Below are positions 1 through 13,554 of a DNA stretch of 64,000 nucleotides, piece after piece. This stretch comes from Octopus vulgaris (taxonomy: Eukaryota), in contig OX597818.1 in the NCBI GenBank assembly GCA_951406725.2, positions 20,832,001 to 20,896,000 of the forward strand, read 5' to 3'. Made by a program: the position numbers and the translations under genes. Under the pieces are notes generated by a model. It worked only from the letters and a program-made list of their open reading frames with translations, was not told the DNA's origin and did no database searches. The stretch's first letter is position 1, and each line of letters begins with the position of its first letter.

Positions 1-514
1 TCACAAGAAAACAACATGCCCCAACCCCCATCAACACATATACCAAAACACAGGAAATATACTCACAACTATCACAGACACACCTACAGCAACACCAACC
101 CCTCTATCGTCATCATGAACAGCTCCACCAACACTACTCCAGCTGCATCAACCGACCAATAGCAACAAGCAGCCACACAAACACCAAACTTCGTGCTAGT
201 GAGAAGGACCAACAAACAAGTGTTAGATCTCGAATGAAGGATGTCAAGAGAGAAGGTGTGATCTTTGGCACCAGCACCTTTCAAGTATCAGAAACACTAG
301 TGTTGGTGCGAATGCCTATAGAGTCATAAAAAATATTAGGAGAATTTCCCTCAAGACGTGGAACCCCTAATGTAAAATACACGTGCAGGCTTTTAAGGAG
401 GTTCCCAGAGGAAGCCCGACAACTCATGGTCATTGAGCCACCTGACCTCCAGTAGCACCACCCGGGGCTAAGTAGACACCCTTTTGAGTCTTCTCAAAAT
501 TTTGTCCGGTCATC

Positions 515-1135
515 ATGGCGTGTTTAAGAGTAGGTAGTACAAATGTTCATGGCGTGGGGTCGCCCTGGATGCAGGGTCACCTCTTCAAGTTACTAGCTAT
601 GGATGTGACAACCGTCAGCGAAAGTAGGACTTCTGACACATGCGATCTAACTTTGATTTTCGATGATTTTGAGAGCTTCGCATCTTTTAGTCGCCTGGAA
701 TGGGAGGCGCGGTGGCAGTGCTGTTGTGGAAAGGCCTGTATTTCGAGGTACGGATGATCTTGCTGAACTCGGAAGGTAAGTTGGTGTTCCTTGATGTGAG
801 CGAAAGCGAAGGTGGTGCTTTCAAACCAGTCGCTGTGTACGCCTCAGCTGGGGTGGGGCAACCAGATTTCTTCAGGCGTTTGCAGGTTTTCTTTGGAATG
901 TCTCACTCGTTAGTTCTGGTGGGCGATTGGAACGCCATCTTGGACGCACAGCTGGATTGGGTGGGGCAGGATGCAAAAGCCTCACAAACCTGCTCAGTCG
1001 CTTCCAATTAGCTGACATGAGCTAACAGTATCAGGTCTTCCAGATCGTATCTAGATAGAGTAGTTTGTAGGCCTGCAGATAGAAGTAGCATGTTGTCCAC
1101 AGCTCAAAGTCGTCGGCTACACAGACCATAATTTT
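515..1135 (+). pseudogene. L1/Tx1-type non-LTR retrotransposon ORF2 APE endonuclease remnant (frameshifted); 1-480 is probably the T/P-rich tail of ORF1
   Basis: Translated motifs in APE order across frames: STNVHG (N-terminal N-x-x-G), VAVYA, LVLVGDWNAILD (GDFN motif), RSYLDRV (~1043) and YTDH (~1118). Frameshift near 700-757, stop at 1011. Confidence 0.8.
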
Positions 1136-1639
1136 TCAATGCCAGGTACGAAGGTTCTAAGATACAAGGGGATGAAAGCCACTCGACGGGCCCGAGTGGC
1201 GGAGGTGCAGCGTGACAACAAAGCCACAATTTGATATTTGACGGGCTGGACGGGTGCATGCTACACGAATCCAAGCATATGTGTACGGAATTTCAGCGGC
1301 CTTAGTTACAAATGAAGTATTAATGATTTGGTATGAATGCATCGATATATTATAAAATGAACACGCGATAATTCATTAAACGGAAGACACTCGAATGCAC
1401 TAGGTTGATAAAAATAAAGATAGACTAAAAGTTGATGAAAATGTGATGATCACAAGCCACAAGTGTTATTGAAAATGACTACTGTAAGATTCTCTAGGAT
1501 TTATTTGTTCGAACAAATCGTTTAATCGAGACACAGCGATCAAATATGATCATAATAAACGTTGTACGGTACAACCAGCCGTTACACACCAGCGAGTATA
1601 CCTTGGTAACATGTACGATGCGTTCGCTAATTGTTTTAG

Positions 1640-1905
1640 GTGCTTATATGGCTGCGAGCAGACGTACACATCTCTCAGCCTCTTGAGATTTTTTACTCAG
1701 CTGCTCGTCTAAGATGTAAAAACTGGAGGAAGAGTGAGCTGTACCAACACCAGGCTGGTGTTCATTTGCAACTGATTGAAATGGGGCAACGTGAAATCAA
1801 ATGCCTTGCTCGATGACACAACGCATCACCTAGTTCAGGAATCATACTCACGACTTTATGTTCGTGAGCCCAACATCCCTAAAACCTAGGGAATGTATCT
1901 TCACC
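1640..1905 (-). mobile_element. Degenerate tRNA-derived SINE related to the copy at 57161
   Basis: Reverse complement gives a tRNA-like head followed by a CORE-like gagcaaggcattt block; similar decayed copy at about 8460-8612 (-). Confidence 0.5.
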
Positions 1906-2010
1906 ATAATTAAAATGAATAAAGGAAAATATGTAAGACAATAGATTTTACCGAGTTATATGATAGCAAAGTTAGAATAAAATAAACATGAAACAAGCGC
2001 GGGCATGGCT

Positions 2011-2812
2011 AGAGGCGCATGTAGGGCTGAGTGGTTAGAAAACTCGCTTTGCAACCAAGTGGTTTGGGGTTCAGTCACACTGCGTGGCACCATGGGCAAG
2101 TACCTTGCATTATCAGGGCGGCCGATCAATGCGTTGCGAGTGAATTTGGTAGACGGGAATTGTGTGGAGGCCCGTTGTATGTAAGGCGGCGAGCTGGCAG
2201 AAACGTTAGCACGTCGGGCGAAATACTTAGCGGTATTTCGTCTGCCGCTACGTTCTGAGTTCAAATTCCGCCGAGGTCGACTTTGCCTTTCATTCTTTCG
2301 GGGTCAATTAAATAAGTACCAGTTACGCACTGGGGTTGATATAATCGACTTAATCCGTTTGTCTGTCCTTGTTTGTTCTCTCTCTGTTTAGCCCCTTGTG
2401 GGTAGTAAAGAAATAGAAATAAGTATTTCGTCTGTCTTTACGTTCTGAGCTCAAATTCCGCCGAGGTCGACTTTGTCTTTCATCCTTTCGGGGTCGATAA
2501 ATTAAGTACCTCCCCCAAAATTTCGGGCTTTGTGCCTAAAATAGAAAAGATACTTATATGTCTCTGTGTGAGCGCGCGCGCGAGTATGTATGTATGTATG
2601 TTTGTGTGTATGTGTGTGTGTAAATGTCATTGTGTTTGTGTTTACTCCTCACCCCACGTCGCTTGGCAACCGGTGTTGGTTTGCTTGGGTCACCGTAACT
2701 TAACGGTTCGGCAAAAAGAGGAGCTATAGAATATGTACTAGATTTACCGTAAGCACTTCAAGGTGGTGCCCCAGGGTGGCTCTAACTGTAACTGAATCAA
2801 AAGATAAAAGGC
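2011..2812 (+). mobile_element. SINE family A copy with a family B dimer nested in its central microsatellite
   Basis: Head at 2011-2180 and tail at 2630-2812 match the reference copy 46383-46815; interrupted by 2183-2550. Confidence 0.8.
2183..2550 (+). mobile_element. SINE family B, dimeric form
   Basis: Head aggcggcgagctggcagaa, B-box gagttcaaattcc, body gactttgcctttcatcctttcggggtcgataaa; a second unit restarts at gtatttcgtctg (~2422). Confidence 0.85.
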
Positions 2813-2860
2813 AAAATATCTGGACTTGACCAGATAAACGAGAAAACAATGAGACATATA

Positions 2861-3081
2861 TTTTATCTTTTTCTTTTGCTTGCTTCATTCATTAGACTGC
2901 GACCATGCTGGAGCATCGCTTTGATGAGCTTCAGTCGAACAAATCAACCCCAGGATTTATTTTTCTATAAGCCTAGCACTTATTCTATCGGTTCCTTTTG
3001 CCGAACCGCTAAGCTACTGGAACGTAAACACAACAATACCGGTTCTTAAGCAATTGTGAGGGACAAACACACACACACATG

Positions 3082-3120
<39 letters not shown>

Positions 3121-3275
3121 GTATACGACGGGCTTCTTAGTGTTTCCGTCTACCAAATCCAGTCATAAGGTTTTGGTCGGCGCGAGGCTACAGTAGGAGA
3201 CACTTTCTCAAGGTGCCACGCAGTGGGACTGAACCCGAAATTATGTGGTTGGGAAACAAGCTTCTTACCACACAT
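2861..3275 (-). mobile_element. SINE family A copy
   Basis: Reverse-complement match to 46383-46815, with an internal (CA)n tract. Confidence 0.85.
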
Positions 3276-3606
3276 CCACGATATAGTGGTGTTATTTCTT
3301 TTGTTTTAGCAGGAGTGGGAATAAGACCATTTGCTGTTGTGCATGAGATTCAGAAGCAGCGAAACTATAGCAAAACTGAACACTTGTCTGTAAGAATCCT
3401 TCACAAAGTCCTTGAAGAGTTGAGGAGACATGATGCCATTTAAATCTCGTGACATTAATACTGCTGATTTGAGCAACAGAGAGCTTTTTATGATGATGAT
3501 GATGATGATGATGAAGAGGTGGTGGTGGTGGTGGTGGTTTTAGAGACGACGATGACGATGGTAAGGAGGTGGAGGATGACGACGATGATAATAACGACAA
3601 TGATTT

Positions 3607-3682
<76 letters not shown>

Positions 3683-3884
3683 CTTAGATGGAGAAAAACT
3701 GGTGCTAGCGAGATATCACTAAGGACACAGACAATTTGGTGTAAGAATCACGAAACCTGTTTTATCAAGTGAATAGATTCCCAAAGTGTCTGATGGTTAA
3801 ATAATGACACTTGTTAACCTATAGACACGGTTTAATTTACATGATTAATAGGGAACGTTGTAAAAAATTCTACTACTAATAATA

Positions 3885-4305
3885 ATCTTTTCTACTAAAG
3901 ACACAAGGCCTGAAATTTAGGGGAGGGGATAGTCCATTACATCGACTCCAGTACACAACTGGTACTTATTTTATCGACCCCCGAAAGGATGAAAGGTAAC
4001 GTCGACCTCGGCGGAATTTGAACCCAAAACGTAAAAACGGATGAAATACCGGCAATCATTTCGCCCGGCGTGCTAATGATTCTGCTAGCCCGCCGCCTTA
4101 GTAATAGTAATAAAAATTCTTTCTATTATAGGCACATTGCCTGAAATATTTCACAGAGAGGCCTTGTCGATCGTGTCGACCCCAGTGCTCGATTAATGAC
4201 CATGTAGAGGTCCCTTTGTTGTCATTTTAATGATTCCAAAAGGGTGAAAGACAAAGTCGACTTCAGCAAAATCTGAACTCAGACCGTAAAGACGGATGAA
4301 ATGCC
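3885..4305 (-). mobile_element. Two SINE family B copies
   Basis: Reverse-complement matches (gaaaggatgaaagg...gtcgacctcggcggaatttgaac) at 3885-4100 and about 4115-4305. Confidence 0.75.
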
Positions 4306-4324
4306 GTGAAGATTATAATATGCC

Positions 4325-4425
<101 letters not shown>

Positions 4426-4441
4426 TGTGTGTGTGTCTGTC

Positions 4442-4493
<52 letters not shown>

Positions 4494-4526
4494 GTGATAC
4501 TATTCATGTATGGGTAATCACTCATA

Positions 4527-5796
4527 TCAGGCCATTAAGAATGAAATGTGCGATTTTGAACTAAAAGTTTATTTTACCTTATCTCAACAAAAAGCAATGC
4601 AATTATCAAAGTATGCACCTAAATTATCACACAAATTTGCCATTTTATCGGTTGCTTATTTATGCCGGCAGCGAAGAATTCTGGAGAGCAAAGGTGACGA
4701 AATCATGAATGGCCGTTTTTACTTCATCTTCAGATTTGAAGTTTTTTTCCTTCTATAGAGTTGTCTAATGCCTGGAAAACGTGATAGTCAGTTGGTGCGA
4801 GGTCTGGTGGATATGGTGGATGACACAGTACTTCTAAGTTCAGTTCCTGCAACTTGAGTTGCGTTCTTTGTGCAACATATGGTTGAGCATTGTCTTGCTA
4901 GAGAATTGGCCTGTCTCTGTTGACCAATCTCGGTTGTTTAATTGCAAACTCACTCATCATCTCATCCAATTGGCTGATGTATACATCCGCTGTAATTGAC
5001 TTACTAGGTCTCATGAATCTGTAGTGGATGACACTAGCGCTGGACCACCAAACAGACACCATTAACCTTTTTAATGAATATTCTTTTTTGGATTGTGTTT
5101 TAGCACATCGTCTATATACAAAAACCGTTCAGAACGTTTGCTATTGTTGAAAAGAATCCATTTTTCATCACACGTAACAATACGACACAAAAATGGTTCG
5201 CCTTTATGCTGTGACAACAAAGAACAGCAAGACGACGTGTCATTTAATGCTCATTCAGTTCGTGTTGTACCCACTTGTCCAGCGTCTCTACCTTGCCGAT
5301 TTGTTTCAGATGGTACAATACAACTGAAATCGAAACATCAAACCTTGCTGCTAACTCACGCGTAGTTTGAGATGTATCCGCTTCCACTACAGTTTCCAGC
5401 TCATCATTATCTATCTTGGTTTCAGGTCTACTACGGGGCTGATTTTCTAGAGTAAAGTCACTAAACTAGAACTTGTCAAACCCTCGACGTGCAGTGCGCT
5501 CATTCGCCACATCACATCTTCACCAATGTTTCAATCTGTCTGGAATGCATTGGTTCCACGACGGAACTTATATTCTTAAACAACACGGATTTTTTTATCT
5601 ATCCATGGGTTCACAAAAATTGATTTACAAGAGAAAACTCACAATCTAAACAGACACTATGAATTGCATTTCGAAAAGTGATGATGTAGCTCTTCAATGT
5701 TGTAAAACAAAGAATTGTCAGGATAAAACATTAGAAGTTAACAACTGTCAAACTTAGTGCATAAGAAAATCGAACATTTCATTCTTAATGACCTCA
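4527..5796 (-). mobile_element. Near full-length decayed mariner (DD34D-type) transposon
   Basis: About 30-bp TIRs (tcaggccattaagaatgaaatgtgcgatttt / aaaatcgaacatttcattcttaatgacctca) flanked by TA. Minus-strand motifs in order: KWVQHEL (WVPHEL), RIVTCDEKW, *QDNAQP and HPPYPPDLAPTDYH; contains stops. Confidence 0.9.
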
Positions 5797-6529
5797 TATA
5801 TAAAATACATGAGATATCCACGTCTGGAACGCCACTGGTCTGTTTGATCCAACTGGCCTGCTTGATCAGTACCAATGCAAACCAATGTGATATGGGCTAA
5901 ACAACAACAGTAAAAGTAACGGAACTGCTCACCCCTCAATTTGTGGGTCGTTACTTTGTGGATATAGAGATTTCAAGAGTGTACAATATGTACACTAGTA
6001 TGTATGCCTACATGCAAAAACATGCGTATAGTCACTCATTCAGATACACTCACCCAAACATACATGCATGCTCTCGCTATACACCTCTTGTGCACTTCTT
6101 CTGTCCCCATTACATTTTCACACATACACACACATACAATGCGCACGCACATACAACACGCACGCACATACAACACGCACGTACGCACACACATATACAC
6201 AAGTATGCATACCTACATGCAGAAAAGCGTGTAGCCACTCATTCATATACACCCACCCAAACATACATACATGCTCACACTATACACCTCTTACGCACGT
6301 CTTCTATCTCCGAACGCCTAAGTTATGGGGGCGTAAACAAACCAACACCGATTGTCAGGTGGTGTGAGACACACATGCATGCGCACACATATGCACACAC
6401 ACACACATTAATACGATGGGGTTTTACACAGCGCTCGCGTGCCATATTCACTCACAAAGCCCGGGATTACAGTGAAGACACTTTCCTAAAGTGGGACTGA
6501 ACCCGAAACTGCGTAGTTCCAAAACGAGT

Positions 6530-6573
<44 letters not shown>

Positions 6574-6784
6574 CTTCGCACCCATCATACAAGCACATGT
6601 ATATTCATATATATCTCCACATATAACCCAGTATATTTACAGACACACATACATGTGTGTGTAATATACATGCGTGTATCTATATATATATATGTGTGTG
6701 TGTGTGCATGTGTATATATGTATGCATGTGTGTGTAATATGTATGTATATATATATATATACAAAGGCATATATACATATATAT

Positions 6785-6823
<39 letters not shown>

Positions 6824-6908
6824 AAACCTTTGTATATATATGTATATATGCCTTTGTATATATATATATACATACGTGTATTACACACATATATATATAT
6901 ATATATAT

Positions 6909-6945
<37 letters not shown>

Positions 6946-7892
6946 GTGTAAAATATGTATATATATATATACGTATATTACACACATGTCTATATATATA
7001 TATTACACATACACACACACATACACACATAAAGTATCCGTATGTGTGTGTGTGCGTTAAGTTTACGAGCGTGTGCATGCATTTACACACACGCACACAC
7101 ATAAATGCAACACACACTGACATACATACATGCTCTTTTTATTATACTTGCGTGCGTGTGTCTGTGTGTGTTATCTTTGTGCGTACACGTGCTCGTTCGT
7201 AAACGCGCATGCGCCCGTCGTCGACTATTATAGTTATATGAAACAGTGCAATGCTACAATAGAAAAGGTGCCCGTTACGCATGAATAATGAAACCGTTTC
7301 CTCTGAACTATTCATGAAAGCTTTGACATTGTGATTCACTGAAAGAGTTTCGGTTACGCATCAATGGAAATCTGTTTTGATTGAGCGACCAATGAAAGGT
7401 TTATGTTGCCTTTCAAGAGAAAATGGTCCGTCACGCATGAATAATGAACTGTTTTGAATGAACTGTCAATGGAAAAAAGTTCGGTTTGTTTCTGAGGCAC
7501 AAGACCCTGTGTTTTGTGTTTCTGTATTTCTGCTATTTATTTTACGGGACCGTGGGAAGGAGGAAAATCCACGATGAATCCCTGCAGGTCTTGACCTTAC
7601 AATCTAAGAAGACCAACAAGTGAGACTCTATGCAGTCGTTCAGCAAGCTAGAAATGGCAGTTAATCCCCGTCAGAACGGAAATGGATAATGCAGTCTTAT
7701 ATGCTCGTTTATTGCCATAGAACAGCAACTATGTTACTTTCAAGGGTTTATTTGAACGAATCTAGTTCTTATTCTTTTAAACTTTGGTATTATTCTGTCG
7801 GTGTCTTTGGCCGAACGCGTAAGTTATGGGGACGTAAACAAATCAACACCGGTTGTCAGGTGGTGTGAGACACTCATGCATGCGCACACATA

Positions 7893-7923
<31 letters not shown>

Positions 7924-8105
7924 TAATACGATGGGCTTTTACACAGCGCTCGTGTGCCATATTCACTCACAAAGCCCAGGATTACAGTGAAGACACTTTC
8001 CCAAAGTGGAACTGAACCTGAAACTGCGTAGTTACAAAACGAGTTTCCTAACAAGACAATAACTTTGGAGCTCAAGATAAATGTGTGTATATATATATAT
8101 ATATA

Positions 8106-8308
8106 TATAATCAAAATAAGCAACAAGTATATCTTTGGTAATTTGGTACAATCGTTTCATGCTACTTCATTTTATTAAAATTACCTAAGATATACTTGTT
8201 GCTTATTTTGATTATAATCACCCCATGGATTTATATGGATAATACCATACAAAATTCTGGTGCCTCTGACTCAAGTACCATATTCATCTGAATCTAAATT
8301 TTGCTGAA

Positions 8309-8312
<4 letters not shown>
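8106..8312 (+). mobile_element. Truncated PLE-type pseudo-LTR element with inverted 5' copy, between (TA)n tracts
   Basis: About 39-bp inverted repeat 8106-8217; tail ttataatcacccc...tctggtgc...aagtac shared with 27916-28035; the inverted arm retains GAAAcgattgta (3' half of an HHR). Confidence 0.6.
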
Positions 8313-8341
<29 letters not shown>

Positions 8342-8929
8342 CTCTTTGAAGGTTTAAACATATTTATCTAAATTCTCATCAGTAACTTCACAACTCGCCA
8401 TCACTTTATATTATATCACAGTATCTACCAGATTCTCGAATGTTGTAATACTTCACTGGTTACGAGCAGGTCAACATTCCCTCCTGATCGGAAAGCTATT
8501 CCATCAGGAGGTAACCCATTTACAGCTGGGTGAAATGGAACAAAACATAACACAACAGAATCGAACCCATGATCTAGCGATCGTGAGTACAAAGCCCTAA
8601 CCACGCACCTTTACTTGCATTATATATATATGATATTTAGGAAAACCCATAAATTTAAAGTCACATGTTGAGATAAATGTTCCGGCTTTGCTGAAGTTGG
8701 TTTTCATTTTTCTTTTTAATTATTTTTGTAGCGTTGCAGATATTAGATAGATAGGGATGGATAAATACTAGTAATGCAGAATTGAATAAGCAGTAGTGAG
8801 AACAAGACTCGGTCACTGGAAAAATACTTGTAAAAATAAACACAATAAGAAGAGACTAGGCAAGAGTCATACTTACCCTAAAGAAAAGTAGTAAAAAATA
8901 ATTTTACACATTCACTTTATTAACCTTTC

Positions 8930-9745
8930 CAGTCTAGGCACAAACCTGAAATTTTGGGGCAAGGGGCTAGTTGATGACATCGACCCCAGTTTTCAACTGG
9001 TACTTATTTCATGCACTCCGAAAAGATGAACGGCAAAGTCGACCTCAGCGGAATTTGAGCTCAGGATGTGAAGACGGATGAAATGCTACTGGGTATTTTG
9101 TTAGGCGTGCTTACGATTCTTATTTCTTTATTGCCCACAAGGGGGTAAACATAGAGGGGACAAACAAGGACAGACAAAAGGATTAAGTCGATTATATCGA
9201 CCCCAGTGCATAACTAGTACTTAATTTATCGGCCCCGAAAGGATGAAAGGCAAAGTCGACCTCGGCGGAATTTTGAACTCAGAACGTAGCGGCAGACGAA
9301 ATACCTATTTCTTTACTACCCACAAGGGGCTAAACCCAGAGGGGACAAACAAGGACGGACAAACGGATTAAGTCGATTACATCAACCCCAGTGCGTAACT
9401 GGTACTTAATTTATCGACCCCGAAAGGATGAAAGGCAAAGTCGACCTCGGCGGAATTTGAACTCAGAATGTAACGGCAGACGAAATACCGCTATAAATTT
9501 CGCCCGGCGTACTAACAATTCTGCCTGCTCACCACCTTTGGTTTCAAATTTTGAGACAAGACTAGCGATTTCAGTGGAGGGGATAAGTCAATTACATCGC
9601 CCCTCTGTGTTCAACTGATACTTATTTTATCGACTGCGATAGGACAAAAGGTAAAGTCAACCTCAGTAGAATTGAAACTCAGAACGTCAAGACGGACGAA
9701 ATGCAACTAAGCATTTTGTCCGATTCTGCCAGTTGGCCGCCTTTC
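8930..9745 (-). mobile_element. Cluster of nested and tandem SINE family B copies
   Basis: Four repeats of gaaaggatgaaaggcaaagtcgacctcggcggaatttgaactcag. Confidence 0.85.
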
Positions 9746-10456
9746 CACTCATTTTAATAAGTCCTCAGATAACTGCCCATTGCTTGCACGTGAACTAATC
9801 CATGTTTAACGTGATTGAATTAGTTCATGTTGACGAGGAAAGATAACGCGTCTATTTTCTGCTGGTATTTAATTATTTTGCTCCTTTGCTTCCTTTTGCT
9901 TTTCCTTGATTTTCTTTTGTCTTATCATTTTTGTTGATTTTTTTTTTTTGTTTTCTATGTTGTTTGTAAACTTAGAGGAAAATATTCAACAGGAAATTAT
10001 GTATAATATATATTTCGTAAATGTTTCTTTTCAATACATTCTTTTTTATCTCAGAGCGGAGGCTTCCTTACCAAATCGTCAAAACTTTATCAGAGAAATA
10101 GTGTTGTGTAACAATATTATTAACTAAATCAAAAAACAAAATGTCGTTAACAGTGAATATTGCTTGCATATTGCATCATAAATTGGACATTATCCCAACA
10201 GCTAAAAACTTATCAGTAGCTTAAAACCGCCATTTTCAACATTTTCTTTCGTGTTGATATAAATAATGACTCTTTTAAGAATGATTAAGGAACGTCAGCA
10301 CATACACACACACACACACACACATACACACACACACACACACACATATCAAAACCGCCATTTTAAACATCATTTTCTTTCGTATTGATATTAGTAAATG
10401 ACTTTTTAAGAATGATTAACAGATGCCTTATATATAAATGTATCTATCTATCTATC

Positions 10457-10487
<31 letters not shown>

Positions 10488-10533
10488 AGGTATATACATA
10501 TGCATAATATATATATACATATATTATTGTCTG

Positions 10534-10712
<179 letters not shown>

Positions 10713-10873
10713 ACATATTGTATTGTATTGGCATCCTTTCTGTCTCGGGAGACAATGGAGTTGCGCATTTTTTTTTCTAGTCTAGTCCGGCTTTTATATT
10801 TCATATATATATATATATATATTTGCATGTTTGTATATTATTTATGTATTAATATATATATAAATATAAATAA

Positions 10874-10926
<53 letters not shown>

Positions 10927-11089
10927 AACACACACACAGGCGAAGGCGTGGCTGTTGCTTCCCAACAACATAGATCCAGGTTCAGTCCTACTGCGTGACG
11001 CCTTGGGCAAGTGTCTTTTGCTATAGCCTCGGGTCGACCAAAGCCTTGATAGTGGATTTTGGTAGACGGAAACTGAAAGAAGGCCGTCG

Positions 11090-11269
11090 AATATCCGACT
11101 CGGAATTGACACTCCGGGCTCGCGCCATTTCCGCTCTACCGGTCACTCTTTACAACACCTGTCCGTGTTCGGATTGTCTTTGCACAAGGGCCATCTGGAC
11201 TTCCGTTTGCGCCGTGAACAGGGATTAATCTTCTCTCTATGCTTCTTTGCGCCACATGGGCTCAACTCT
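11090..11269 (+). pseudogene. Penelope-like element GIY-YIG endonuclease C-terminal fragment (5'-truncated, joined to a SINE A 5' half)
   Basis: Frame from 11090 reads NIRLGIDTPGSRHFRSTGHSLQHLSVFGLSLHKGHLDFRLRREQGLIFSLCFFAPHGLNS, matching the PLE C-terminal pattern HF...HS...R..EQ.LIF.L...P.GLN; followed by a pyrimidine-rich 3' region. Confidence 0.8.
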
Positions 11270-12114
11270 ACCCCCCCCCCTCGCCTCTCCCCCACACCTA
11301 CTTTTTCCCACCCACCTCTCCTCTCTTGCTCCGACTCCTACTTCTTCTCTTCACTCCTACTCTCCTCTCTTCTCTTCACTCTTACCCACCTTCTCCTTCC
11401 CCCTTCCTCGTCACCCCTCCCTCGTAAGTCCACCCTACCCCTACACATTCCAACACCACCTTCCCTATCCTTCCCATAAACGTAACAAAATCTGTAATTT
11501 AGAACAAAATATTGAATTAAACAGAAAAAAGACAAGAAAAAATACTAACTCATGTGCCGACTATCTGTCTCAAGTGAACATTATATATTTATATAGTAGT
11601 ATCATTTACGTATTGATGAAAGGCGGCGAGCTGGCAGGTGGATTTTGCCTTTTATCCTTTCGTGTCGAGAAAATAAGTACTAGTTGAACATTGAGGTCGA
11701 TGTAATCGATTTATCCACTATTCCTAACTTGCTGGCCTTGTGCCAAAATTTGAAATCATTATTATGTGTTGACGAATGCCTTATAGTTATTGTTTCAAAG
11801 TTTCACTAGCCCGTGAAAGAAATTTCTTAGTCTATTTTAACGGGTTCATAAATCGAAGAACTAATTAATATTAATATGATAGATCAGTTTCATTAAACGT
11901 ATTGATTATGTATAGGATGCTATCATATAGGGATGAACAGGATATAGACAGAAATATATATATGTATATATATATATATATAGATATAGATATAATATAT
12001 ATATATATATAACAGCCACAACCACACACACACACACGTGCTATCATTACACACATACACACATACACACACACACACACCTGCGCGCACGCACATATCC
12101 ACACTTACACACAC

Positions 12115-12386
12115 ATGCCTCCTCTTGCACTCTCCTGTCTTTCAAAGAACTTTTTCTTCACCTATTCCCTTCCGGTCATTCAAAATGTGACCGCGTGTGT
12201 ACCGTTGGCGATTATTTTTCCTCCGTCTTCCCTTCTTTGGATCTTTCCTTTTCCTATGTTTCTGACGAAGAGCTCCACTCGAAACGTTAAACCCTCCTTC
12301 TTTCCTGAGCTTCCAATAACACTATACTTGTTCCACGTCCTCGCGTTGTTGTATTTTCTCTTTGTGTTTTCATGTTTGGATTAACT
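12115..12386 (+). mobile_element. PLE pseudo-LTR / 3' end ending in (TA)n
   Basis: Downstream of the GIY-YIG fragment on the same strand, carries a minimal HHR, and has a homologous copy at 57598-57812 (-). Confidence 0.7.
12258..12292 (+). ncRNA. Minimal type I hammerhead ribozyme (PLE type)
   Basis: guuu-CUGACGA-a-gag(cucca)cuc-GAAAC-GUU^-aaac: helix I guuu/aaac, helix II gag/cuc, helix III reduced to the palindrome AACGUU. Confidence 0.7.
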
Positions 12387-12571
12387 ATATATATATATAA
12401 ATCCTTAAAATCCTTTAAAATGTTTTAGCCCGAAGGCCGCGGCCATGCTGGGGCACCACCGCTGAACTGAATATAGTTGAAATTTACAGAAAAACAAAAA
12501 ACGAAGACACACACACACACACAGATATATATACATACATACATACATACATACATACATACATACATACA

Positions 12572-12642
<71 letters not shown>

Positions 12643-12649
12643 CAGTGTA

Positions 12650-13532
12650 GGACAAAAGACCCCAGAACAAAAGCTCCACGGTTATATTTTTCGGTTATTC
12701 TTTTTTTTGTTTTTTTTTTCAACTTTTACTTGTTTCAGTCATTAGACTGTGGCCATGCTGGGGCACCGCCTTCAGTCGAAGAAATCGACCTCAGGATTTA
12801 TGCTGGAGTACCGCCTTGAAGAATTTTTAGTTGAACGTATCGACGCCAGAATTTTTTTAAATCTTTACTTGTTGCAGTTACTAGACTGCGGCCATGCTGG
12901 GGCATCGCCTTGAAGAATTTTTGTCGCAGAAAAATCAGCATTTTGAGATTTAAAGTTAAAGTCTTTTTTTTTTTCTACTCTCAGCACATACAGATTAATG
13001 AGAACGAGCTGACCGTTGAAGGTCTAACAGAATTATGGCCCCGAAGGCTTGTCATTCAAATGTTCTTATCGTTTTTATGTTTCTACACATTTCTTGAAGT
13101 AAATACTTTCCCTTTTGTTAGAATTCAGACAATATGTACATTGAGCAGTAAAGAGTCTTGTGTTCTGTTAGTCTATTCTATTTATTTATTTTCGATTGAA
13201 TATATTTTGTCTACTTAAAAATTGGAATTTTGGAAAATAAAAGGTTTTTTTTACAACCGCGATTTCCGTTGTTGTTTACGTGAAATTATTTTAAAAAATT
13301 TTTTAGAAATTTAGCTGTTTTTTTTAGCATGCGGAGGGACCTTCCAGACTTCATGCTCTGGTTGAAAATCATAAAAAAAATTGTGGGGCCGATACATTCG
13401 ACTAAAATTTCTTCAAGGTGGTGCCCCAGCATGGCCACAGTCTAATGACAGTAGCATGTAAGAAGAAAAAGGGACACAAAAAACAACCGAAAAATATAAC
13501 CGTGGGACTTTTGTCCAAGAGGGCTTTTGTCC
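12650..13532. mobile_element. Non-autonomous DNA transposon / MITE with about 50-bp imperfect TIRs; SINE A tails inside
   Basis: Left ggacaaaagacccc...ccacggttatatttttcggtt versus right aaccgaaaaatataaccgtggg...cttttgtcc; repeated acaaaag subunits. Confidence 0.65.
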
Positions 13533-13554
13533 GGATCCCATATTTATATATATA

